Below, in pieces: positions 8,500 to 15,989 of a stretch of 61,365 bases of DNA (its first letter is position 1; each line of letters begins with the position of its first letter). The translations under genes and the position numbers were made by a program. The stretch is from Pseudomonas phage Chuck: the sequence record OQ992557.1; one strand, written 5' to 3'. The notes beneath the pieces are model-generated. The model saw only the letters and a program-made list of their open reading frames with translations. It had not been told where the DNA came from and ran no database searches.

Positions 8500-8545
8500 G
8501 ATGTTCTCCATTTCTGTGGTTGCCGTTCTTGTTGAACGTGAAGAA

Positions 8546-8574
8546 AGTATAGTGGGGGCTCCCGAAGAAGTAAA
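8546..8574 (-). promoter_or_regulatory. conserved early promoter P3 (TTTACT-17-TATACT)
   Basis: aagaaagtatagtgggggctcccgaagaagtaaag. Confidence 0.7.
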
Positions 8575-8599
8575 GCCCCCTCATACAACTTTCTTCGAT

Positions 8600-8791
8600 T
8601 CACGGCAACTTGTGGCGGTCCCGACAGGGCGCACAGACTCCTCCCACCAGCCTCCCGCTCCATTCGCCACACAGGTCACAGTCGCCCGGCTCCCCGGGCG
8701 GTATCTTCGCCGCGGCCTCCGCGATCCGGGCCACTTCGCGGTCCGTGTCGTGGAGGATGCGGTCATTGCTCAAGTCGATTTCGTCAGCCAA
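8600..8791 (-). CDS. TraR/DksA-family C4 zinc-finger protein (63 aa)
   Basis: CDLCGE...CAPCRDRH motif; probable TTG start 8 nt after an AAGGAGAA RBS. Confidence 0.5.
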   Translation of the reverse strand: MADEIDLSNDRILHDTDREVARIAEAAAKIPPGEPGDCDLCGEWSGRLVGGVCAPCRDRHKLP

Positions 8792-9356
8792 TCTTGGGTT
8801 CTCCTTCGGGGTTGCCCCGGAGGACGTTCAGGGCGCTCATGAGACAGATGATCTGGCGGCGGCAGTCCTCCAGGCTGGTGTGAACGGCTTGCGTCCCCTC
8901 CGGCTTCGACCAGCCCCGCTCCTTCGCCAGGTCATACACGGTGCGGGTGTCCCGGGCCATGGAGTATCCCCAGGGAATCGGGACGCCCGCCCGGCGATAG
9001 TAACCCTCAAGAATGGCGACGTCAAAGGACGGCCCCTGGGCCCAGACCCGCTTCAGGTCCGGGTACTTGCCCAACCAGCGGGCGAGGTCGGTCAGCGCGG
9101 AGCGCATCGCCTTCGGCGGGCGCTTGGGCTGGAGTCCGCCCTGGTCCCGCCAGAACTGGACCGTGGAGGCATCGACCTCGCCGCCCAGCATCAGGGCGCT
9201 GTGGAGGTCCACGTCCACCTCGAACAGGTCCGGCTTCACCAATCCGGTTCGGCTGTTGAACGGGATCGCCCCGACCTGAATGACCCCGGCGTTGGGGCCG
9301 GTCGCCATCGTCTCCAGGTCAATCATCACGCTGTCCATCGTGTTGTCGTCACTCAT
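8784..9356 (-). CDS. DnaQ-like 3'-5' exonuclease (DEDDh)
   Basis: IDLETM (Exo I) ... HTSLEDC (Exo III); AAGGAGAAG RBS. Confidence 0.7.
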   Translation of the reverse strand: MSDDNTMDSVMIDLETMATGPNAGVIQVGAIPFNSRTGLVKPDLFEVDVDLHSALMLGGEVDASTVQFWRDQGGLQPKRPPKAMRSALTDLARWLGKYPDLKRVWAQGPSFDVAILEGYYRRAGVPIPWGYSMARDTRTVYDLAKERGWSKPEGTQAVHTSLEDCRRQIICLMSALNVLRGNPEGEPKIG

Positions 9357-9357
9357 G

Positions 9358-9639
9358 TCACTTCTCCTTCTTCAGTTTGATCTCATTGAATCGTACAAAC
9401 TCTTGCCACACGGGGCATTCCTGGACCGACTCGCCGCCCTCCACCACTTCACAGTAGGGCACGGCCTCCGTCCGGTTGAGGCAGTTACAGTGGCGGCAGT
9501 CGCCGGTCCCATAGTGCGACTCCCACTGCTCCACGGCGATGAAGTAGCCCGAGCAGCGACCGCCTCCGAAGCGGTGCGGGAACCGATAGGCCCCGCAGGT
9601 GCAGACGTACTCCCCGCGGCGGGGTTTCCGGCGTGCCAT
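9358..9639 (-). CDS. hypothetical Cys-rich protein (93 aa)
   Basis: Multiple CxxC and HC pairs. Confidence 0.5.
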   Translation of the reverse strand: MARRKPRRGEYVCTCGAYRFPHRFGGGRCSGYFIAVEQWESHYGTGDCRHCNCLNRTEAVPYCEVVEGGESVQECPVWQEFVRFNEIKLKKEK

Positions 9640-10322
9640 CAGCGGAATTGATAGGGGTCGCGGTGGGGTTCGCCCAGGTCAAGGCGCGGTCCGCGGCGAT
9701 CCGGTCCGCTGATGTAGCTGACCCCGACCTGTCCGACCCGCTCATGAACCTCGTTGCGCACTCCCGGCAGCGGCGGTTCGCCTTCCGTCACGCGGTCGAT
9801 GTACCCTTGGGCACGGGCCAGGTTCAGCTCCGACCGGCGGCGGGCGTCCCGCTCCGCCTCCAGCTCCTTGCGGAACACCTCCCGCTCCTTGTCCAGCGAC
9901 CGGCGGGCCTCGTTGCGCTCGCCTTCGAGGCGTCCGGCGATCCCCTCCAGCTCCGCGATCCGGGCAGCGGCCTTGTCCAGAGCGGCTTGGAGGTTCGAGG
10001 CGACGATGTCCCGGGCCTTGAGCTGGTGATCCAGCCATTCGCGGAAGGTCGCCCCGAGGACGGAGGGCTGACCGTCCGTCCCGTCGCCGCGGTTGTACAG
10101 CATCATGGCGAAGTTGCCGATGTCCACGGGGTCGCCCTTCTCCAGGTGATCCAGCAGCATCACCGCGAGGGTGTCCAGTTGACACTGGTCGGGGTCGTGC
10201 CAACCGCCCCGGCCCTCCGCCCGCTTCTTCTCCAGCTTGCGGCGCATCGCGTCCGCGAAGTCAGCCACGCCTTGGTTGTCGATGAACTCAGCGGTGACGT
10301 CCGTCATGTCGATATGTTCCAT
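9639..10322 (-). CDS. hypothetical protein (227 aa, N-terminal helical domain plus coiled coil)
   Basis: ATG at 10322 (MEHIDMTDV...) with GGAGAA RBS. Confidence 0.5.
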   Translation of the reverse strand: MEHIDMTDVTAEFIDNQGVADFADAMRRKLEKKRAEGRGGWHDPDQCQLDTLAVMLLDHLEKGDPVDIGNFAMMLYNRGDGTDGQPSVLGATFREWLDHQLKARDIVASNLQAALDKAAARIAELEGIAGRLEGERNEARRSLDKEREVFRKELEAERDARRRSELNLARAQGYIDRVTEGEPPLPGVRNEVHERVGQVGVSYISGPDRRGPRLDLGEPHRDPYQFR

Positions 10323-10348
10323 GTCTGTTCTCCGTTTCTGTCGGGTTG

Positions 10349-10966
10349 TCAATCTTCGTCAGGCAGTCGCCATTCGTCCTTCTTCACCTTCTTCATCTTC
10401 GCCTTGCCCAACCAGTTCGAGGAGGCGAGGTGGAGGGCGTAGTCATGACACACCACCTGCCCGTCGATCAGGCCGAAGTTCTCCGGCTTCAGGTCGGTGA
10501 AGAAGTCGGGCAGCTCCTTCGGCAGTTCGCCGTGGGGCAGGGGTCGCGTCCGCTCCTGGATCAGGACGATACCACAGGGGCTGATGCGGCGACACGGGGC
10601 GAACCAGCGCGCCCAGGGGGTGAATTGGACCTCGTGCCACATCTGCCATTCCGCGACATTCTGGAAGGACTGCGCGGTGGTTTCGACCTTAGCCACAAGG
10701 GCGGTTTGTCCGTGGAGGGCATACACCTGGCGGGCGACTCCGAACCCCAGGCGGTCGCCCAAGAAGGTCCTGATGAAGTCGTTTTTCACCACGCTGCCCC
10801 ACTGTTCATGATCAAGTTCCAAGGGGTGTTTCTCCGGTAGGGGTTGTTGGTCGAAGCCCGGGGCCATCATCCCGGGCCAGGTGATCGGTCCCGACTCCGG
10901 CGGCGGGGCGGCGGGCGTCCGCCTGAACAGGCTCCGCAGCCAGCTCAGAACTCGCTCATGATCCAT
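10349..10966 (-). CDS. eukaryotic-like Ser/Thr protein kinase fold protein
   Basis: ATG 10966 (MDHERV...). Motifs: Gly-rich LGDRLGFGVARQVY, ALVAKVE (VAIK-like), catalytic loop TDLKPENFGL, DYA (DFG-like). Confidence 0.55.
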   Translation of the reverse strand: MDHERVLSWLRSLFRRTPAAPPPESGPITWPGMMAPGFDQQPLPEKHPLELDHEQWGSVVKNDFIRTFLGDRLGFGVARQVYALHGQTALVAKVETTAQSFQNVAEWQMWHEVQFTPWARWFAPCRRISPCGIVLIQERTRPLPHGELPKELPDFFTDLKPENFGLIDGQVVCHDYALHLASSNWLGKAKMKKVKKDEWRLPDED

Positions 10967-11108
10967 ATTCTCACTCCTTCGGTCTTGCGCATCTTGAATC
11001 GGAGGTTCCGGGCGTCCTGGCAGGCGCGCGAGTAGCCACCCACCACCTTCTTCGTCTGGAGGGTGCCGCCCGGGACGATCCAGCACAGCTCCCAGCTCCG
11101 GTCCTCCT

Positions 11109-11378
11109 TCAAGTTCCGGCCCTCATCCTGTCCACCGTCTCCTTGCCCAGGACCCGCTCCAGCTCCTCCCAGGAGGTCGCCCGCGAGCCGTCGCCGGTCG
11201 GGATGCCTTGGGCCGTCTCGCGCTGGTCCACGATAGCCTCCACGATAGCCTGGCGGAACAGGGCGAAGGCGAGAAGGCGGAGGCCCCCGTGGATCGCCGC
11301 GTCAAGGTTCACCGGCGGCAACCGCTCCGCCTTGGGCTTGTACGTCCCGTTGGGGCGCTTGTTCGGGTCTTGGTTCAT
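11109..11378 (-). CDS. hypothetical protein (89 aa)
   Basis: GGAGGG RBS. Confidence 0.5.
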   Translation of the reverse strand: MNQDPNKRPNGTYKPKAERLPPVNLDAAIHGGLRLLAFALFRQAIVEAIVDQRETAQGIPTGDGSRATSWEELERVLGKETVDRMRAGT

Positions 11379-11382
11379 GGCG

Positions 11383-11670
11383 TCAGCCCTCCTTCACGCA
11401 GAGGTCGATGATCAGCAGGTTGAAGCGGTCCGGGTCGCGCTCCTCGCGGATCGCCTCCCAGTGCCCGCCTTCGATCCGGCGCAGCTCCAGGCGGTAGTCC
11501 CCCGGCTCGCCCAGGAAGGCGAGCTGGTGTGCTTCCCCGGTCCAGGCGGCGCGCTCCGGGTAGGTGAGCTGGGTGGGCGAGTCCTTCACGATGTTCCCGC
11601 CCAGGCCCCGTCCGTGGAGTTCGCTCAGGAAGTCGCCCACGTAGGCTTCGACTTGGTCAAATGGTATCAT
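11383..11670 (-). CDS. hypothetical protein (95 aa)
   Basis: ATG 11670 (MIPFDQVEAY...) with GAGGA RBS; the longer track ORF is low-complexity GC artefact. Confidence 0.5.
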   Translation of the reverse strand: MIPFDQVEAYVGDFLSELHGRGLGGNIVKDSPTQLTYPERAAWTGEAHQLAFLGEPGDYRLELRRIEGGHWEAIREERDPDRFNLLIIDLCVKEG

Positions 11671-11672
11671 GG

Positions 11673-11969
11673 TCAGTCCTCGAAGGCCCCGCGGGCGGTT
11701 TGGCGTTGAATCTCTGCGAAGTGGCGCACGAGGCGAGCCCGGCGGAACTCCACCTGGCGGGCGACCGGGGTGCCGTTCAGAACTTCGTCCGCGGTGTGGC
11801 GTCCATACACGCTGTCCAGGTAGTTGCGGACCTCCTCCGGCTTCGCGGAGGGGATCGCTGCGGCAATCGCCTCGAAGGCCACGGCCCAAGCCTTGCGCGC
11901 GGCCTCCTCGCCCTTCTTCAGGGCGTAGGTTCCGAAGAAGCCATGGCCCGGGTTGTTCGTCTCGATCAT
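11673..11969 (-). CDS. hypothetical protein (98 aa)
   Basis: ATG 11969 after GGAGACAA. Confidence 0.5.
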   Translation of the reverse strand: MIETNNPGHGFFGTYALKKGEEAARKAWAVAFEAIAAAIPSAKPEEVRNYLDSVYGRHTADEVLNGTPVARQVEFRRARLVRHFAEIQRQTARGAFED

Positions 11970-11987
11970 CAATTGTCTCCGTGTTGA

Positions 11988-12317
11988 TCAGGGTTTGTCG
12001 TCATCCGGCTTCGGGAGGAGGGCGAGCAGCGCCCGGCGTCTCCACCACGGGAGTTCCTTCAGCTGGAGCGGTCGCGGTCCGGGAATCGCCAGGGCGGGCG
12101 ATCCGAAACGATGCGCCAGCGTGTCAAAATGGCGGCGCAGATCGGCTTCCAGGTAGTCCTCCACAAAATACTCCCGGCGCTGGACGCGGCACCGGACCCG
12201 CTCCGAGGCAAGGACGCCCCGGGCGATGACCAGGAACTCCTCCCAGTCCGCGACCGGAAGGCGTTGCCGGTACTCCTCGAACAGAACGGCCAGGGCCGCT
12301 TCGTCCAGGTCTTTCAC
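11988..12317 (-). CDS. hypothetical protein (about 109 aa)
   Basis: GTG start coupled to the upstream stop (GTGA) with GGAGGT RBS; the N-terminal 112 codons of the track ORF are Pro/Arg/Gly low complexity. Confidence 0.45.
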   Translation of the reverse strand: MKDLDEAALAVLFEEYRQRLPVADWEEFLVIARGVLASERVRCRVQRREYFVEDYLEADLRRHFDTLAHRFGSPALAIPGPRPLQLKELPWWRRRALLALLPKPDDDKP

Positions 12318-12790
12318 AGCTGACCTCCGTGGAGTTCCCCGAGGCGCTGATTCAGCCACGCGACCTCCTTGGGCAGGAGCTGTTCCTGGTGGTCCACGAG
12401 GTAGCGCAGGCGGCGCAACTGTTCCTGGTTCTCGTTGGACAGCTTCGCCACGTTGCTTTCGAGGCGCTTCAGCTTCGCGGGTACGTCCTTGGCGAGTTCC
12501 GCCATCAGCCGGCACTCCTCCCCGAAGGCGCGGAGGGCGTCCCGGGACGCGGCCACGGGGTCGATGTTGTCCCCGTAGTTGTTGCCCAGGTACTCCGCGC
12601 AAGCGGCTCCCGCCGTCCCGATCAGCTGGAGGAGGTGCTGCTGGCTCGCGCACTGGCCCGGGTCGATGTCCGTGGAGGACTTCAAGCCGGGGCGCTTCTG
12701 GCTGTACACGAGGACCGTCACTTGGTACTTGCGGGGGTCCTCCGGGTTGCGCCCGAGGCGGGCCTGGACGCCCTGGATGGTAGTGGTCAT
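12314..12790 (-). CDS. hypothetical coiled-coil protein (158 aa)
   Basis: ATG 12790 (MTTTIQGV...) with AAGGAGAA RBS. Confidence 0.5.
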   Translation of the reverse strand: MTTTIQGVQARLGRNPEDPRKYQVTVLVYSQKRPGLKSSTDIDPGQCASQQHLLQLIGTAGAACAEYLGNNYGDNIDPVAASRDALRAFGEECRLMAELAKDVPAKLKRLESNVAKLSNENQEQLRRLRYLVDHQEQLLPKEVAWLNQRLGELHGGQL

Positions 12791-13392
12791 GCCGGTTCTC
12801 CTTCGCACAGGGGGTTGGCTTTCCAGAAGGCGCGCAGCTCGCGGCCCAGGTAGATGTTCACGCCGTCCTGGCCCTCGAAGAAGCCCCCGGCCCGGAAGGT
12901 CGGCACAACGGCGTCCTGCGCCCCGGCGGCGATCCCGTCCGCGGATTGAGCCCAGTTCAGGGCTTGATCGGCGGAGTCGAAACCCTGCGCCGTGAAGAAG
13001 CTGCCGGAGTCGCTGATGATGTAGAACTTGTCCAACTCCATTTCCAGACCGCTTCCGGGGTCCAGGAAGGTTTCCACGTGCTGCATCTTCCCGGTCGGGC
13101 TCCGTCCCCAGGCGCGGTTGCGGTTCACGCTCATCTTGTAGTCCACCACGGTCTGGAGGTCCACGTCCAGCTTCTCCGCGACCTGGGCGAGCATGATGAA
13201 CACGTCCGCGCACTCCTTCTGGAGTTCCTGGACCAACTCCTGGTCCATGTCCGCGACCGGGACGGCGGCGACGGTAGCGAGGCCCGCGACCAGCTCCGCC
13301 ACCTCCACGTTCATCCGCGCGGCGACTTCCGCGGGGTGCTTCGGGCCGAAGGTGTCGTCAGCCCAGCGGGTGATTGATTCTTGGGTTTCCAT
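12787..13392 (-). CDS. MazG-like nucleoside triphosphate pyrophosphohydrolase with C-terminal extension
   Basis: ITRWADDTFG...EVAELV...ELQKECADVFIMLAQVAEKLDVDL...NRNRAW matches the MazG all-alpha NTP-PPase core. Confidence 0.6.
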   Translation of the reverse strand: METQESITRWADDTFGPKHPAEVAARMNVEVAELVAGLATVAAVPVADMDQELVQELQKECADVFIMLAQVAEKLDVDLQTVVDYKMSVNRNRAWGRSPTGKMQHVETFLDPGSGLEMELDKFYIISDSGSFFTAQGFDSADQALNWAQSADGIAAGAQDAVVPTFRAGGFFEGQDGVNIYLGRELRAFWKANPLCEGEPA

Positions 13393-13394
13393 AT

Positions 13395-13664
13395 TCAGTT
13401 GGTTCTCCGAGGTTCGCAAACAATAGTCTTGCCCAGGGGCCGCGACGGGTCTTGGCGGCACTCCAGGCGCTCAAACCGGGACGGGTCCGGCTTTCCTGCC
13501 TCCGCCGGTACGGTGACGCGGACCGGCGGGGCGAGACGGGGCGAGAAGCTGCCGACCTGCGCCCGGCGGACCGTCTCCTGGGCAGAGTACAGGGGGCGAT
13601 CCTCCGCTTGCGCCTGCGTGGCGAGCGGCAGCAGGACGGCCAGGGCGAGGGTCATCAGTCTCAT
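13395..13664 (-). CDS. small secreted protein (89 aa, signal peptide MRLMTLALAVLLPLATQAQA)
   Basis: ATG 13664 with AGGAG RBS; first gene after promoter P4. Confidence 0.5.
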   Translation of the reverse strand: MRLMTLALAVLLPLATQAQAEDRPLYSAQETVRRAQVGSFSPRLAPPVRVTVPAEAGKPDPSRFERLECRQDPSRPLGKTIVCEPRRTN

Positions 13665-13698
13665 GATCGGGCTCCTTCGGTTCGGGGTCGGTGAAGAA

Positions 13699-13727
13699 AG
13701 TATAGTCACGGACCCCGAAGAAGTAAA
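13699..13727 (-). promoter_or_regulatory. conserved early promoter P4
   Basis: gtgaagaaagtatagtcacggaccccgaagaagtaaag. Confidence 0.7.
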
Positions 13728-13731
13728 GTGG

Positions 13732-14073
13732 TCAGTGCTTCGAGGCCGTCATGGACTGGAGGAGGTCGCCCAAGGAGGGGCGGGCGTCCTCCGCCTCGCG
13801 CTTGCTCAGGAAGGCGCAGCCGTGGTCGTCCAGATAGCTCGCGTCCAGCTCCCACTCCCCCAGCTCCTCCATCGGGAGGTCCGCGGCGTTCATGAGCACC
13901 GGCCAGGCCCGGCTCATCTGCTCCTGGGCGTCCCGCCCGAGTTCGTTCAGTCGCTCCTGAAACTCGCGTTCCAGCTCCGCCTTCTGGGCGTGGGCTTGTT
14001 GGTGGATGCCGTGGACGGCCCGGGCGGCGGTCAGGGCGTCTCCGGTGAGACGGATGGTGGTCTTGCGGCTCAT
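13732..14073 (-). CDS. hypothetical protein (113 aa)
   Basis: GGAGAA RBS. Confidence 0.5.
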   Translation of the reverse strand: MSRKTTIRLTGDALTAARAVHGIHQQAHAQKAELEREFQERLNELGRDAQEQMSRAWPVLMNAADLPMEELGEWELDASYLDDHGCAFLSKREAEDARPSLGDLLQSMTASKH

Positions 14074-15248
14074 AGCGGTTCTCCGGTGATCTGTTCGCCC
14101 AAGGACACGATGGTGTCCATCAGGAAGTTCTGCATGGTGCGGGTTTCATCGTACAGCTGGTGGCGGAGGTGGATGAACTCCTCAATCAGCGTCCCGGCCA
14201 GCATCTTGGTCCCCATCATCAAGGTGCGCTTGCTGATGTAGATTTTGCCCTCATGCGCCCGGCCCAGGACTTCCTCGCCCAGGAACTCGCTGACAATGAT
14301 CGGGTAGTCCTGGACGGCGAAGCCCAGCCGCTCGCAGAAGCCCGCGGCCTTCTCCAGCCGGGTCCGTTCCAGCTCGCTCAGGCGCATCGGGGTCGCCTCC
14401 TCGTGGAGCTGGTCCATGATCCAGACCTGCGAAGCCTTCAGCGCGGAGCGGGACAGCGAGGAGTCGAAGCTGCGGGCGAGTTCGGAGACGGTCGCCAGGA
14501 AGGGCTTGGACGGCTCCACGCCCTCGAACTCCAGCGCATGCTCGAAGGTCGCCTTGGGCGCGGTGACGGCTTTCTTGATCAGGGGAGCCTGTTGGGACTC
14601 GCAGAGCCCGCGACGGACGGCGGCGCTGATGTCCCAGGACCACTTGATGGTCCGATCCTCCGTCAGGTCCACCTTCTTCTGGATGTTGTAGGTGAACTGC
14701 GAGGGGTTGTCCAGCCGGTAGGCTCGCACGCCCCGGTAGTACACGAAGTGCGACGGGCCGGGATGGATGTGGACGGCCTCGTGGCGCTCCAGAGGCTCGC
14801 TGGACAGGATGATGTCGGAGCGGGAGGCCCAGACATCCAGGAACTTCTCGCCCCGGACCACAATCACGGTTTCGTCCGCGGCGACTTCCGGGACCTCGCT
14901 GGCCTCGAACACTTCGCCCCGTTCGTCCATCGTGTTGCAGTACAGCTCGCGGAAGGCTTGCCACACTTCCCAGGTCTTGCCGACCTCCGTGGTGAAGCCC
15001 AGACGGCGGTTGTTCATCGTGACCACGTTGAAGTCATCGACCCGGACGCGATCCCGCTTGATGCCGAACTCCAGCTTGCGCTTCCCGGCGTGAATGGTGA
15101 TGTCGCAGCCCTCGCGGAGGAGGATGGCGATGGCGTACTTGAGGCCGGTCCCGAAGAAGCCGATGGCCCCGGGGTTCTCCTTCGAGCTGACCCCGAAGGT
15201 GGTGATGGACTTGGGGTCGATGACGCCCTTGTTGCGGAAGATGATCAC
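14070..15248 (-). CDS. hypothetical protein (about 392 aa) with a GHKL-ATPase-like glycine motif
   Basis: Probable GTG start (VIIFRNKG...) 8 nt after AAAGGAG. The motif GFFGTGLKYAIAILL is the only recognisable feature. Confidence 0.45.
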   Translation of the reverse strand: MIIFRNKGVIDPKSITTFGVSSKENPGAIGFFGTGLKYAIAILLREGCDITIHAGKRKLEFGIKRDRVRVDDFNVVTMNNRRLGFTTEVGKTWEVWQAFRELYCNTMDERGEVFEASEVPEVAADETVIVVRGEKFLDVWASRSDIILSSEPLERHEAVHIHPGPSHFVYYRGVRAYRLDNPSQFTYNIQKKVDLTEDRTIKWSWDISAAVRRGLCESQQAPLIKKAVTAPKATFEHALEFEGVEPSKPFLATVSELARSFDSSLSRSALKASQVWIMDQLHEEATPMRLSELERTRLEKAAGFCERLGFAVQDYPIIVSEFLGEEVLGRAHEGKIYISKRTLMMGTKMLAGTLIEEFIHLRHQLYDETRTMQNFLMDTIVSLGEQITGEPL

Positions 15249-15286
15249 GTTGTGACTCCTTTTCTCAGGGTTGTTGAAACAGAATC

Positions 15287-15652
15287 TTACTCCACCCACA
15301 CTCGCTCATAGCGGTCCGGGAGGGCTCCACACGATCCGGGGGAGCCGTCCGCGTTCACCACGCGCACACACTCCCGGGTCAGGTAGCTGATATGAACCTC
15401 CGGGCGGTCCAGATAGTCCGCAAAGGCCCCAGCCAGGCCCCAGAGCAGCAGGACGGCGAAGGCAAGCGGAGCAGCCCAGCGGGCGTGGTCACAAAACCTC
15501 GTCAGCGTCCCACGCATAGCCCCGAAGGCGATTGACTTCAAACTCGAATCGCAACGGGCTTCGCGCAGCAAGTCCTCGTGCGACTTCTTGTGGTTTTGCG
15601 CCGCGCGGGATCGGGTGCCCGTGTATGCGGCGGAAGGCTTCTTGTAGTTCAT
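15287..15652 (-). CDS. hypothetical membrane protein (121 aa)
   Basis: High GC3, AAGGAG RBS, one TM segment. Preferred over the overlapping ORF 15489-15710, which has low GC3. Confidence 0.5.
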   Translation of the reverse strand: MNYKKPSAAYTGTRSRAAQNHKKSHEDLLREARCDSSLKSIAFGAMRGTLTRFCDHARWAAPLAFAVLLLWGLAGAFADYLDRPEVHISYLTRECVRVVNADGSPGSCGALPDRYERVWVE

Positions 15653-15729
15653 GATGGGTCAGCTCCTTTCCAATCTCGAATCGCGGTGTCAGTATCTGGG
15701 GTTGGTTCATTTCTCAACTCGTGTGAAGA

Positions 15730-15758
15730 AGTATAGTGGGTCAATCCGAAGAAGTAAA
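15730..15758 (-). promoter_or_regulatory. conserved early promoter P5
   Basis: gtgaagaagtatagtgggtcaatccgaagaagtaaag. Confidence 0.7.
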
Positions 15759-15763
15759 GCGGT

Positions 15764-15979
15764 TCAGGTCAATTCCAGCGCGCGGCGGATTTCCCGCCGG
15801 ACCTGAAGGCGGGCGTTGAGGGCCGCGCGGTGGTCGGAGGAAGTCCGCGAGCACGTCACCATCAGGGGCTTCCCCCTCACGGTGAAGCGGACCTTGTAGT
15901 GTCTCCGGCCCAGCTCCACCGTGTAGGCGATCCCCGCCCCCTCCAGCTCCCGCTTCGTTGCTTCCAGCGTGTCGCTCAT
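15764..15979 (-). CDS. hypothetical protein (71 aa)
   Basis: Compact ORF coupled to the primase gene. Confidence 0.5.
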   Translation of the reverse strand: MSDTLEATKRELEGAGIAYTVELGRRHYKVRFTVRGKPLMVTCSRTSSDHRAALNARLQVRREIRRALELT

Positions 15980-15989
15980 GGGGGCGTCC

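Noticed and set aside
15489-15710. 73-aa minus-strand ORF downstream of promoter P5
   Set aside because: Third-position GC is low. It overlaps the better-supported 121-aa ORF 15287-15652, which has high GC3 and an AAGGAG RBS. Only its first about 20 codons could act as a short upstream ORF.
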